Made by a program: the position numbers and the translations under genes. 64,000 bases of DNA, taken from the NCBI GenBank assembly GCA_963796315.1, contig CAWCLH010000019.1:256676-320675 (forward strand), given 5' to 3'. This DNA comes from an uncultured Actinomycetota bacterium. Lineage in GTDB: Bacteria; Actinomycetota; Thermoleophilia; RBG-16-64-13. The notes beneath the pieces are model-generated. The model saw only the letters and a program-made list of their open reading frames with translations. It was not told the origin of the DNA and did no database searches. This document shows, piece after piece, positions 20,144 to 30,576 of this stretch (the first letter of the stretch is position 1; each line of letters begins with the position of its first letter).

Positions 20144-21490
20144 ATGATCTTCCAGGCCGAATGGGTCCTGCCGGTGTCCAGTTCGCCGATCCACGATGGC
20201 GCTGTGCGGGTCCAGGGAGGCGAGATCAGCGACTTCGGACCGGCCGCCGAGGTGCGGCGCCGACATCCGGACGAGGAGGTCCGAGACTTCCATCACGCCA
20301 TCCTCCTGCCCGGCTTCGTCAACGCCCACGTGCACCTGGAGTACTCGGTCTACCGGGGTCTCTTCGACGACTGCGACTTCGGGCAGTGGATGCTGCGGTT
20401 CATGAAGAGCCGCTCCCTTCTGGGCCCGGAGGAGTACGCGGCCTCCGCCCGCCTGGGGGCCATGGAGTGCGTCGGGTCGGGCATCACTACCATCGCCGAC
20501 ACCGTCTCCGACGGGGAGGCGACGGTCACGGCCGCCAACCTCTTCGGGCTGCGCGCCTACGCGTTCCTCGAGGCCTTCGGCATGGACGACAGCCGGATCG
20601 GCCGGACCCTCGCCCACGTCGAACGCCGGATCGGGGAACTGCGCGCGCTCGCGGGCGACCTGGTGCAGATCGGTCTCTCGCCCCATGCGCCCTACACGGT
20701 GTCGGGACCCCTCTATCGAGCGCTGAATGCCTTCGCCATGGAACGCGGCCTCAAGGTGGCCATGCACGTGGCCGAGTCGCGGGAAGAGGTCACCTTCGTG
20801 CGGAACGGCGCGGGCGTGCTGGCTCACGATTTCCGGGAGCTGGCCGGCTGGGAGCACTTGATGTGGATGCCGACCGGCACCAGCCCCATCAAGTACCTGG
20901 AGCAGTGGGACGCGCTGGACGGGGACGCCATCGCCATCCACTGCGTGCAGGCCTCGCCCTCCGACATCGACGTGCTCAAGAAGTACGACGTGGCCGTGGT
21001 CCACTGCCCCAAGTCCAACGCCAAGCTGGGCTGCGGCATCGCGCCTTTGGAGGACTTCCTCGCGGCCGGGCTGCGCGTGGGACTGGGCACGGACAGCCTG
21101 GCGACGAACAACATCCTCGACATGTTCGACGAGATGCGCATGGCGATCTTCCTCTACCGCGTGAGAAAGGAGTCCAGGAGCTGCTTCGGCGCGCAGCAGG
21201 CGCTGACGATGGCGACGATGGGCGGGGCCCGCGTGCTGGGGCTGCAGGACCAGGTGGGCAGCCTGGAGGTGGGGAAACGGGCCGATCTGATCGCGGTCGA
21301 CATGGAGCACAGCCAGTTCGCGCCCATCGACGACCCGGTGTCGGCCCTGGTGTACGGGGCGAACCAGGAGGAAGTCTTCTTCACGATGATCGACGGCCGC
21401 GTGGTGTACGACAAGAAGGTGTTTCTGGGCGTCGATCGCGCGCTCGTCACCGCCGAGTCCGACGCCGTGCGTCAGAAGCTGCGAGGGTAG
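20144..21490 (+). CDS. Amidohydrolase-superfamily deaminase/chlorohydrolase (MtaD/SsnA-like)
   Basis: Intact 448 aa. Metal ligands in GFVNAHVHLEYS, then AMHVAES and HCVQ..; C-terminal GSLEVGKRADLIAVD. Confidence 0.8.
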   Translation: MIFQAEWVLPVSSSPIHDGAVRVQGGEISDFGPAAEVRRRHPDEEVRDFHHAILLPGFVNAHVHLEYSVYRGLFDDCDFGQWMLRFMKSRSLLGPEEYAASARLGAMECVGSGITTIADTVSDGEATVTAANLFGLRAYAFLEAFGMDDSRIGRTLAHVERRIGELRALAGDLVQIGLSPHAPYTVSGPLYRALNAFAMERGLKVAMHVAESREEVTFVRNGAGVLAHDFRELAGWEHLMWMPTGTSPIKYLEQWDALDGDAIAIHCVQASPSDIDVLKKYDVAVVHCPKSNAKLGCGIAPLEDFLAAGLRVGLGTDSLATNNILDMFDEMRMAIFLYRVRKESRSCFGAQQALTMATMGGARVLGLQDQVGSLEVGKRADLIAVDMEHSQFAPIDDPVSALVYGANQEEVFFTMIDGRVVYDKKVFLGVDRALVTAESDAVRQKLRG

Positions 21491-21658
21491 GCGGCCGGCC
21501 GCCGGGACGCTCCCGGACGTTCGACCCGGGACGCCCACGCCTGGTGCCGGTCACTCTCATGCGGCATAATCGTCTGTGGCCGCCTCCATCCGTAGGTCGC
21601 GGCCGTCCGGGCCGTGCGGCCCACGACTACAAAGCCGTCGAGCAAGGAGACATGGCTC

Positions 21659-22294
21659 GTGCTTCTCGATAGAAAACGGATCGACCGATGGGCGAAGGTG
21701 ATGGCCGCCGGCATGGCCCTGATCTTCGGGCTGAGCTTCGTCTTCCTGGGAGTGGGCAGCGGGCTCGGGGGCCTGGGCGACCTGTGGGGGTCGGTCTTCG
21801 GCGGGAACAAGACCGCCAACTCCGGCGGCAGCACCGACCAGATCAAGACGTACGAGGCGACGCTGGCGACGAATCCCAAGGACCTCACGGCCCTCCTGGG
21901 CATCGCCACCCAGTACGAGCAGCTGGACGCTCCGGCGAAGGCTGCTCCCTACCTGGAACGGGCGACCGAGGTGGCGCCGACCCGGGTTGACATCCAGCTG
22001 CGCCTGGCGACGCTGTACCTGAGCGACACCGTCCGCGACTACGGTTCGGCGGCCCGGGTGCTGAACAAGACGACCGCGCTCGAGCCCAACAACGCCGACG
22101 CCTTCCTCCGGCTGGGCGTGGCCGAGCGGGGCGCGGGCAACACCAAGGCGGCCATCCTGGCCTGGAACCGGTACCTGGCCTTGGCCCCCGAGGGGGACAT
22201 GGCGGCTACCATCAAGTCCGAGCTGGCCCAGATGACCGCAGCGACCGAGACGACGGCCACGGCCGGCTCGACCACGGGTACCACTACCAAGTAG
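21659..22294 (+). CDS. TPR-repeat protein with an N-terminal membrane anchor
   Basis: GTG 21659 lies 8 nt after AAGGAGA. TM segment AAGMALIFGLSFVFLGV, then TPR-like helices (AFLRLGVAERGAGNTKAAILAWNRYLALAP). Confidence 0.6.
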   Translation: MLLDRKRIDRWAKVMAAGMALIFGLSFVFLGVGSGLGGLGDLWGSVFGGNKTANSGGSTDQIKTYEATLATNPKDLTALLGIATQYEQLDAPAKAAPYLERATEVAPTRVDIQLRLATLYLSDTVRDYGSAARVLNKTTALEPNNADAFLRLGVAERGAGNTKAAILAWNRYLALAPEGDMAATIKSELAQMTAATETTATAGSTTGTTTK

Positions 22295-22376
22295 CCGCGT
22301 CCCGCGTATCGGTCGGATTGGGCAGCATGCCCGTCGGCGGACCTGGGCGGGAACGGGGAAAGGGCCGAGACACTTC

Positions 22377-22712
22377 ATGGACGTCATCATCAACACCGCC
22401 GTCACCGGGGACGCGATCGTCATCGAGCCCAAGGGCGAGCTCGACGTCTACACCGCTCCGCAGCTGAAGGACGCGATCGCGGAGGCCGTGGCCGAGGGCC
22501 ACAAGACCGTGATCATCGACCTGCGTCCGGTGGGTTTCCTGGATTCCACCGCGCTGGGCGTCCTGGTCGGAGGTCTGCGGCAGATCCGGGCGGAGAGCGG
22601 CGACCTGCGCTTGGTCGTGGACCATCCGCACATCGCCAAGATGTTCCGCATCACCGGGTTCGACAACGTCTTTCGCATCCACAGCACCCTCGAGGAGGCC
22701 TTGGAGGACTGA
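22377..22712 (+). CDS. Anti-sigma-factor antagonist (STAS domain, SpoIIAA/RsbV-like)
   Basis: 111 aa. ELDVYTAPQLKD .. IIDLRPVGFLDSTALGVLVG .. GFDNVFRIHSTLEEAL is the canonical STAS layout, including the phosphorylatable Ser. Confidence 0.85.
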   Translation: MDVIINTAVTGDAIVIEPKGELDVYTAPQLKDAIAEAVAEGHKTVIIDLRPVGFLDSTALGVLVGGLRQIRAESGDLRLVVDHPHIAKMFRITGFDNVFRIHSTLEEALED

Positions 22713-22854
22713 CCTCCGCGGCCCTGTCGGCGGCCTCCTCCCGTCCCGCCTCGCCCGTCGGGCCAGTTGCAATGCGCGCCGTCGGGGGTATCCTTACGCG
22801 GCGCTCGGCCCAGGGAGGCCGGCGCTGAGTGACACCGATCTTTAGGAGCGCCTC

Positions 22855-25197
22855 GTGCGTCTCATCATCTCCGAGAAGAACAACGTCGCCGAGAAGATCG
22901 CGACGATCCTGGCCGTGGGGAAGCCTCGCGTGGAGAGCTTCCTCAAGGTGCCGTACTACCTGTTCACCGACAAGGACGGCGTGGAGAACGTCGCCGTCGG
23001 CCTGAAGGGCCACGTCCTGCAGGTGGAGTTCCCCGCCGAGTACGCCGACTGGCGCAAGGTGGAGCCCCGCGACCTCATCGACGCGCCCCTGATCAAGGGC
23101 GAGACCGCCAAGAGCGTCGTCCGGGCGGTGCGGAAGCTGGCCGTCCAGGCGGATTCGCCTGGTCATCGCCACCGACTACGACCGCGAGGGCGAGCTGATC
23201 GGCCTGGAAGCCCAGGAGATCGCCGCCGGAGAGAACGAGCAGCTGCTCCGCTCGGTGCGGCGGGCCCGGTTCTCCGCGCTGACCCCGCACGAGATCAACG
23301 AGGCCTTCGCCTCGCTGGACCACCTGTCCGAACCGCTGGCCCGGGCCGGGGAAGCCCGGCAGGACATCGACCTGATCTGGGGGGCGACGCTCACCCGGTT
23401 CGTCTCCCTGGCCACCTCCCGCCTGGGCAGCCAGTTCCTCAGCGTGGGCCGGGTGCAGAGCCCCACCCTGGCGCTGGTCGTCGCCCGCGAGAAGGAGCGC
23501 CGCGCCTTCGTGCCCGAACCGTACTGGGTGGTCCGGGTGGACCTCACCGCTCAGGGCGAGGCGTTCTCCGCGCGTCCATAAGGAGGAACGTTTCCTGGAC
23601 GAGGCCCGGGCCCGCGAGGTCTTCGAGAAGCTGCGGGGGCCGGGCTCGGTCACCCAGGTCGAAGCGCTCGGAGAAGAAGGTGCCCCGCCCGGCGCCGTTC
23701 AGCACCACCAGCTTCACCAGCGCGGCCACGGCGCTGGGGATGAGCGCCTCCTCGGCCATGCGCGCGGCCGAGGACCTCTACATGGACGGGTACATCAGCT
23801 ATCCGCGGACCGACAACACGGTCTACCCCAACTCCCTCGACCTGCGGGAGATCCTCACCGAGCTGCGCTCGAGCCCCTTCGGCAAGGAGGCCGCCGAGCT
23901 GCTGGACCGGCCGAAGCTGCAGCCGAGCCGCGGGGGCAAGAAGACCACCGACCACCCGCCCATCTATCCCACGGGCGCCGCCCGGCGCGAAGCGCTGGAC
24001 GACCGCAAGTGGAAGGTCTACGAGCTGGTGGTCCGCCGCTTCCTGGCCACGCTGGCCGACGACGCCGTCTCCGAGTCCAACCGCATCGACTTCGACATCG
24101 ACGCCGAGCCCTTCTTCCTGCGCGGCAGCCGTATCCTCAAGCCCGGGTGGCTCGCCTACTACCCGTACTCCCGCCAGAAGGACGCCGAGCTGCCCCACCT
24201 GACCGAGGGCGACCGCGCCGACCTGGTGGAGAAGTACCTGGACGGCAAGGAGACGCAGCCCCCCGGACGCTACGGCCAGGGCCCCCTGATCGAGCTGATG
24301 GAGAAGCACAACCTGGGCACCAAGGCGACCCGGCACAACATCATCCAGAACCTCTACGACCGGGGCTACATCCACGGCAACCCCATCGAGCCCACCGAGA
24401 CCGGCATCAAGATGGCGGAGGCCCTGCAGGAGTACGCCCCCCGCATCGCCTCGGCCGACATGACGGCCCAGCTCGAGCTGGACATGGACCGCATCTCCGA
24501 GCGGGAGATGACCAAGGACGAGGTGGTGACCATCTCGCGCGAGCTGCTGCGCGACGCCTACCAGTCGTTGGAGGACAACCGCGAGCAGGTGGCGGCCAAG
24601 ATCGTCGAAGGCATCATCGACGACAAGATCCTGGGCGAGTGCCCCAAGTGCCACGTGAACAAGCTGCGCATCATCCGCTCGAAGGCCAGCCGCAAGCGCT
24701 TCGTGGGCTGCGAGGGCTACCCCGAGTGCGACCAGACCTATCCGCTGCCCCAGCGGGGCGACATCATCGCCCTGAACGAGACCTGCCCGCAGTGCGGCAG
24801 CCCGCGCATCAAGATCCTGGGCGGGAAGCGGCCCTGGATCCTCTGCGTGGACCCGGACTGCCCCACCAAGGCCGACTACCGCGAGAAGCGGCAGGCGCGC
24901 GAGGCGGCGGCCGCCGCCAAGGCCGCGGCCGCCGCTGAGGCGGGGAGCGACGGCGGCGACGGCGCGGCTCCGGCCAAAGGACGCCGCGCGGCCACGACGA
25001 AGACCAAGGCGGCGGCGAAGAGCAAGGCCAAGACCACCACCAAGACCGCGGCCAAGCCGAAGGCCAAGACGGCCGGCGCCAAAGCCAAGCCCAAGGCGGC
25101 CGCCGCGAAGCCGCGGGCGGCCCGCACCCGAGCGCAGGCGCGCCGGCCGCCGCCGCGGTCGCCGCCGGTGAAGGGACCGAGGAGGAGAGCTAGATGA
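22855..25197 (+). pseudogene. Type IA DNA topoisomerase (TopB/archaeal-TopA-like N-terminus) with a Lys/Ala-rich tail; three +1 frameshifts
   Basis: MRLIISEKNNVAEKIA Toprim start. ATDYDREGELIG and GRVQSPTL are readable only in frame 2 (23155-23572). SYPRTDN active-site Tyr region. C-terminal Zn ribbons CPKC..CEGYPEC, CPQC..CVDPDC. Switches near 23154, 23572 and 23664. Confidence 0.85.
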
Positions 25198-26069
25198 ACG
25201 GAGCAACGCACCCGCGCCGGCGGCGACTCGGACTCCTGCTGGCGGCCATCGTGCTGGTCCTGCTGGTGGCGGCCGCCCCCGCCTTCGCGAAGGACACGGT
25301 CGTCGTCACGCTGGGGGCCAACCTCACCAACGCGCAGCAGCAGCAGATGCTCGACCTCTTCGGCGTCAACCGCAATGACACGTCCGTGCTGACCGTGACC
25401 AACCAGGAGGAGCGGGACGCCCTCCAGGGCCTGGTCCCCCTCCAGCAGATCGGCACGCGGGCCATCTCGAGCGTGTACGTCAAGACCAAGTCGGACGGTT
25501 CGGGCATCAAGGTGCAGACCCAGCACATCACCTACATCACCCAGCAGACCTACGCCAACGCCATGGTGACGGCCGGGGTGAAGGACGCCGACGTCTACGC
25601 GGCCGCGCCCTTCGACGTCTCGGGCACGGCGGCCCTGACCGGCATCTTCAAAGCCTTCGAGAAGGCCACCGGCAAGCCCATCTCCGAGCAGGCCAAGAGC
25701 ACGGCCGCCAAGGAGATGGTGGAGACGGCCAAGGTCGGCGAACAGGTGGGCAACCAGGACAAGGTCGCCGAGCTGATGAAGCGGGCGAAGCAGGAGGTGG
25801 TGGACAAGGGCCTGAAGGACCGGGTCTCCATCCAGCAGGTGATCGTCAACATCTCCAACGAGCTCAACCTCAACCTGACCCAGACGCAGATCGACCAGCT
25901 GACCCAGATCCTGGTCGACGTGCAGAAGCTCAACATCGACCCGAGCACCCTGCAGAAGCAGCTGAAGGATTTCGGCACCAAGATCGGCCTCACCAGCGAG
26001 CAGACCCAGGGGATCTGGGAGTCCATCCAGTCGTTCTTCAAAGACCTCTGGCACAGCATCTTTGGCTAG
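25194..26069 (+). CDS. Secreted DUF1002-like protein
   Basis: Signal/TM segment RRRRLGLLLAAIVLVLLVAAAPAFA. The repeated helical Q/K-rich body matches my memory of DUF1002 extracellular proteins of Firmicutes. Confidence 0.55.
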   Translation: MNGATHPRRRRLGLLLAAIVLVLLVAAAPAFAKDTVVVTLGANLTNAQQQQMLDLFGVNRNDTSVLTVTNQEERDALQGLVPLQQIGTRAISSVYVKTKSDGSGIKVQTQHITYITQQTYANAMVTAGVKDADVYAAAPFDVSGTAALTGIFKAFEKATGKPISEQAKSTAAKEMVETAKVGEQVGNQDKVAELMKRAKQEVVDKGLKDRVSIQQVIVNISNELNLNLTQTQIDQLTQILVDVQKLNIDPSTLQKQLKDFGTKIGLTSEQTQGIWESIQSFFKDLWHSIFG

Positions 26070-26180
26070 TCCGCCGACCGGCGGTCCCGTCCCGGACGAC
26101 TGCGCGCCGCGCGGCGGGGGGCGGCGGCCGATGACCGCTGGGAACGGCTGGCGACCGAGGACGTCTCCCTGGGCGACGAG

Positions 26181-26849
26181 GTGCTGGCGGGCATGGGCAG
26201 CGGCACGCCCGGGCTCTTGATCACCTTCGAGGGGATCGACGGCAGCGGCAAGACCACGCAGCTGGCCCTCCTCGCCGAGGAGCTCCGCGCGGCCGGCCAC
26301 GACGTCCTGGTCACCCGCGAACCGGGCGGCACCGCCGTGGGCGAACGGGTGCGGGAGGCCCTCCTGGACACCCAGCACCGCGGCATGTCCCCTCAGGCGG
26401 AGGCGCTGCTCTACGCGGCGGCTCGGGCACAGCTGGTGCAGGAGGTGCTCCGCCCCGCCCTGCAGGCCGGCCGGACCGTCCTCTGCGACCGTTTCCTGGA
26501 CTCCTCCCTGGCCTACCAGGGCTTCGGGCGCGAGCTGGGCGCGGACAACATCATGATGCTGAACGTCTGGGGCACCGACGGCCTCTTTCCCGACCTGACC
26601 CTGGTGTTCGTCATCGGGGAGGAGACCCGGCGGGCGCGGACCGGGCAGGAGCACGACCGCCTGGAGGAGGAGGACGACGCCTTCTTCGCCCGCGTCTCCG
26701 CGGGCTACCGGCGCCTCATCGCCGACCATCCCCACCGCATCCGCGCCATCGACGGCGAGGGGACCGTCGAGCAGGTGCACGAGCAGGTCCGCGCGGTCGT
26801 GGACGAGGAGCTGGGTCTCTTCGGCGCGTCCGTCCCTCCCGCCCGCTAG
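26181..26849 (+). CDS. tmk: Thymidylate kinase
   Basis: P-loop LITFEGIDGSGKTTQ, TREPGGT and DRFLDSSLAYQG motifs. The start could be ATG 26193. Confidence 0.92.
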   Translation: MLAGMGSGTPGLLITFEGIDGSGKTTQLALLAEELRAAGHDVLVTREPGGTAVGERVREALLDTQHRGMSPQAEALLYAAARAQLVQEVLRPALQAGRTVLCDRFLDSSLAYQGFGRELGADNIMMLNVWGTDGLFPDLTLVFVIGEETRRARTGQEHDRLEEEDDAFFARVSAGYRRLIADHPHRIRAIDGEGTVEQVHEQVRAVVDEELGLFGASVPPAR

Positions 26850-26858
26850 ACTTCTTCC

Positions 26859-27977
26859 ATGCCCCTCTTCGCTGACATCGTCGGGCAGGAGCGGGCCGTC
26901 TCGCTGCTCCGCCGCTCGCTCGCCACCGGCGCGGCCCACGCCTACCTCCTCACCGGTCCGCCGGGCGTGGGCAAGGTGTCGGCGGCGCTGGACCTGGCCG
27001 CGGGGATCGTCTGCCCGGAGGACGGCTGCGGCGAGTGTCCCGAGTGCCGGCGGGTGCGGCAGGGCATTCATCCCGACGTGGAGCTGGTGGCGCCCACGGG
27101 CAGCGTCCTCACCGTCGACCAGATCCGGGAGATCAACCGGGAGGTGGCCCTGCGCCCGTTCGAGGCGAAGGCCCGAGCCACCATCCTGCTGGAGGCGGAG
27201 GCGATGAACAAGGAGGCGGCCAACGCCTTCCTCAAGACCCTCGAGGAACCGCCGCCGCACGCGCACTTCATCCTGGTCTCAAGCTCCCCCGAGGAGCTGC
27301 TCGAGACCATCGTCTCCCGCTGCCAGCGCATCCCCTTCGTGCGCACGCCGGTCCGGGCGGTGGTCGCGGCGCTGAGGCAGGAGTACGGGCTCTCCGAGCT
27401 CGACGCCACCGCCTTCGCCCGCGTGACCCAGGGCGATCTGACCCGGGCCCGCGAGCTGGCCGCCGACCCCGCCGCCCGCGAGCGCCGGGGCCTGCTGCTG
27501 GGCTGGGCCCGCGAGCTGCCCCAGGCCTCCGCCGTGGACCTCCGCGGGTTGCTGGACGAGATGCTGCGCTCGGTCGAGCGCTGGGGCGAATCCCGCTTCG
27601 CCGCCCTGGAGGCCCAGCGCGACCGCGACCTGGAGTGGGCGCCCGACGCCCGCAGCCGGGCCCGCATCGAGAAGGCGCACGACCTCCGCCTGAAGCGCGA
27701 GAAGCGCCGAGCGGCCACCGACGCCTACCGGGAGATCCTCGAGACCTTCGCCGGCTGGTACCGGGACCTGGCCTGCGCCGCCCTGGGCGCCGACGAGGCC
27801 GTGCTCAACCACGACTACCTCTTCGAGCTGCAGGAGGCGGCCTTTCCCGGTCTCGTGCCGGTCTACCTGGAGGTGCTCGCCGCCGTGAAGAGGGCCCAGG
27901 AGCGCTTCCGCTATAATGTCGATGCGCGTCTTGCGCTCACGGACCTGGTCCTCACCACGAAGGAGATCCTCGCCTAA
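26859..27977 (+). CDS. holB: DNA polymerase III delta' subunit
   Basis: Intact 372 aa. GPPGVGK, Zn module CPEDGCGECPECRRV, FLKTLEEPP and SRCQRIPF. Confidence 0.9.
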   Translation: MPLFADIVGQERAVSLLRRSLATGAAHAYLLTGPPGVGKVSAALDLAAGIVCPEDGCGECPECRRVRQGIHPDVELVAPTGSVLTVDQIREINREVALRPFEAKARATILLEAEAMNKEAANAFLKTLEEPPPHAHFILVSSSPEELLETIVSRCQRIPFVRTPVRAVVAALRQEYGLSELDATAFARVTQGDLTRARELAADPAARERRGLLLGWARELPQASAVDLRGLLDEMLRSVERWGESRFAALEAQRDRDLEWAPDARSRARIEKAHDLRLKREKRRAATDAYREILETFAGWYRDLACAALGADEAVLNHDYLFELQEAAFPGLVPVYLEVLAAVKRAQERFRYNVDARLALTDLVLTTKEILA

Positions 27978-29138
27978 TGCCCAATGTCGTGGGCGTCGTG
28001 TTCCATAACGGCGGCCGAGTCTATTCCTACGATGCCGGCTCCCTGGCCCTCTCCCGGGGCGAGCAGGTGGTCGTCCCCACCCAGCGCGGGCAGGAGGTGG
28101 GCGAAGTCGTCAGCTTCTCCCAGGACGTCCCCCGCGAGGAGCTCACCGGCCCGCTCAAGAGCGTGGTCCGCGCCCTCACCGACGAGGACCGCGTCATGTT
28201 GAGAGACAACGAGGAGCTTCGCCAGGAGGCCCTGCAGGCCTGCCGGAAGCTCATCGCCGATCACGGGCTCGACATGAAGCTGGTGGACGCCGAGGTGCTC
28301 TTCGGCGGCGGCAAGATCCTGTTCAGCTTCTTCTCCGAGGAGCGCGTGGATTTCCGGGGATTGGTGTCCGACCTGGCCCGCACCCTGAAGACCCGCATCG
28401 AGCTCCGCCAGATCGGGGCGCGCGAGGAGGCGCGGATGGTCGGGGGCCTGGGTCCCTGCGGCCGGGCGCTCTGCTGCACGCGTTTCCAGGGCGACCAGGA
28501 GCCGGTCTCCATCCGCATGGCCAAGGAACAGAGCCTGCCGCTCAACCCCATGAAGATCTCCGGCCTCTGCGGCCGCCTGATGTGCTGCCTGAAGTACGAG
28601 CAGGAGCAGTACGTGGCCTTCCGCAAGGAGGCCCCCCGCTGCGGCACCCCGGTGGACTGCGGTCACGGCGAGGGCGTGGTGATCGGCTACCGCGTGCCCA
28701 AGGATTCGCTCACCATCCGCCTGGCCGACGGCAGCGTGGTGGAGGAGCCGATCGGCGGATGCAGCTGCGGAGGCGCTCCCTGCCGGGCCTCGAGCACCGT
28801 CGAAGAAGCCGCCGAGTGCCTGCCCGCCCCGCTGCCGACCGCCGGCGAGGCCGACTACCTGCCGGTGGAGGAGTGCGCCGAGGCGGCGGATGTCTCGACG
28901 GAAGCCGGTCCCTCGCTCGACGCCCAACCCGCCGCGCAGCCGGAGTCCGCCGACGCATCCTCTCCTGAGCCGGCCCCCGCAGGCGACTCGGACGAGGGAC
29001 CAGGCTGGCGCCGCCAGTCGCCACCGGCGACGCGGAGCAGCCGGGACGGCCGGCGGCGGCCGCCGTCGTTCGCGGTCCCGCCGGCGGCGTCGCCGCCCGG
29101 GCGGCGGGCAGGCCTCCGCCGGTTCCTCGGGGGAGTAG
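27977..29138 (+). CDS. ricT: PSP1-domain protein RicT/YaaT; the true 3' end is uncertain
   Basis: ATG overlaps the holB TAA. The PSP1 core (..KILFSFFSEERVDFRGLVSDLARTLKTRIELRQIGAREEA..CCTRF..CGRLMCCLKYE) ends near 28760. As sequenced the frame stays open to 29863, into the next gene. A +1 switch in the acidic/Pro-rich tail would stop at 29138. Confidence 0.8.
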
Positions 29139-29269
29139 CGCTTCCCGCTCCCTCTGAGGGCGACCGCAGGCCTCGCCGAGCGCTTCACCTTCGACCGGTT
29201 GCTTCGCTAGACTCAGCGGACGGGCGTCGCGCGACGACCCGGCCGACCAGCCTGACGAAAGGGGCGCGC

Positions 29270-30303
29270 GTGAACGGAGCTCGTTGGGGGAGAGGCTCGC
29301 TGTTGCTCCTGGGCATGGTGTTGGCGCTGTCGGGGCTTCTCCTCTTCCCAGCGACCGGCCGCGCGACCACCGAGTTCGCTCAGCAGACCGGCAAGGATTG
29401 CACCTACTGCCACGTCACCCCGGGGGGCCCGCTCACCGCCCAAGGTGACGCCTTCCGGGCGAACGGCAACCGCCTCCCCACCGAGACGACGTCCGGCGGC
29501 GGGACGCCTGGTCAGACGGTGACCAGCTCCACCCTTGGCGGCGGGACCGCGAGGCACGGCGGGCGGCGGCGCTGGCGGCGAGGGCGGCGGTCCGCGGTGG
29601 GGCGACCGGAGGGGGCACTGGCGGCACATCGGCCCTGCTGGGGATGCCGTCCTGGCTTCGCTCGCTGCTCCTGTTCGCCCACTTGGTGTCCATGGTGGCG
29701 TGGCTGGGGGCGATCATCTTCGTCCACCTGGTGCAGTCCCCCCGCATCGCGGGCCGGGGCATCCCCAGCGGCTACCTCAAGTTGGCGTGGCCCTCCATCG
29801 TCGTACTGGGGATCTCCGGCGTGCTGCTCACCCTCCATGCCATCCCCGACCTGGGCACCCTGACCGACACCCACTGGGGCCGAGTCCTCCTGGTCAAGGT
29901 GGTGCTCTACCTGCTGTTGGCGTCGGTGGCCACGTTCGTCACCCTGGTGGTGAACCCGCGCCTGAAGCGCCTGGCGGACACCGAGGCCGGCCATCCCGTC
30001 GCCGCCCACGACCACCTCAAGGAGGGCGGTCGCATCACCTTCTCCTACAGCGGCAAGGTCTACGACGTGACCGAGAGCAAGCTGTGGCGGGACGGCCGTC
30101 ACGCCCGGCGGCACGATGCCTGGCAGGACCTGACCAGCGTCATGGCCGGCGCTCCGCACGGCTTGGAGGTCCTGGACCGCTTCCCCGTCATCGCCGGCGG
30201 CGCCGAGCAGCCCACCCCGCGCCCGGTCCGTTTCTTCATCATCCTGGCCTACTCGAACCTGCTGCTCGTGCTGGGGGTCCTCTACGCGGTGGCGGTCTGG
30301 TAG
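29270..30303 (+). pseudogene. Membrane redox protein: signal anchor + CxxCH motif + Gly-rich linker + 4-TM CopD/DUF2269-like module + cytochrome-b5-like domain; two +1 frameshifts in the linker
   Basis: GTG 29270 follows GAAAGGGG. EFAQQTGKDCTYCHVTPGGPLTAQG carries a heme-c type CxxCH motif. The linker reads GGGTA / GTAGGGAGGEGGG / GGATGGGTGGTSALLG across frames 2, 0 and 1. Then RSLLLFAHLVSMVAWLGAIIF... and GKVYDVTESKLWRDGRHARRHDAWQDLT..APHG. Confidence 0.55.
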
Positions 30304-30503
30304 GGGGCTGGCGGGTCGGCACCGGGCCGTTGCGCCGCCGCCGGTCGGCGAACGGACGGCGGACTCCGACATGAGGGCGGCACCGCACGACAGCTGCAGG
30401 GCGGCGGGCAGTCGCTTGGACCGACCTCTCTTGCCATCCTCTGAGGCAGCCTCTACACTACTACGGCGCTCCGGCCGTCCGGTCGGACGCCCGAGTCGTC
30501 CGT

Positions 30504-30576
30504 GCCGACGTAGCTCAGTTGGTAGAGCAGCTCACTCGTAATGAGCAGGTCTGGGGTTCGAATCCCCACGTCGGCT
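30504..30576 (+). tRNA. tRNA-Thr (anticodon CGU)
   Basis: Cloverleaf read by hand: acceptor GCCGACG/CGTCGGC, D arm GCTC-AGTTGGTAG-AGC, anticodon arm GCTCA-CTCGTAA-TGAGC, T arm TGGGG-TTCGAAT-CCCCA. No encoded CCA. Confidence 0.9.

Noticed and set aside
19997-21538. Upstream two-thirds of the 761-aa minus-strand ORF 19253-21538
   Set aside because: This part is antisense to the intact amidohydrolase (20144-21490) and has no recognisable motifs. Only the last 248 codons, from GTG 19996 with a good RBS, look like a real gene.
27977-29863. A single 628-aa RicT-cytochrome fusion protein
   Set aside because: The second half has its own RBS, GTG start and signal anchor at 29270. The connecting segment is low-complexity sequence that crosses an apparent intergenic spacer. 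A missed stop caused by an indel is the simpler explanation.
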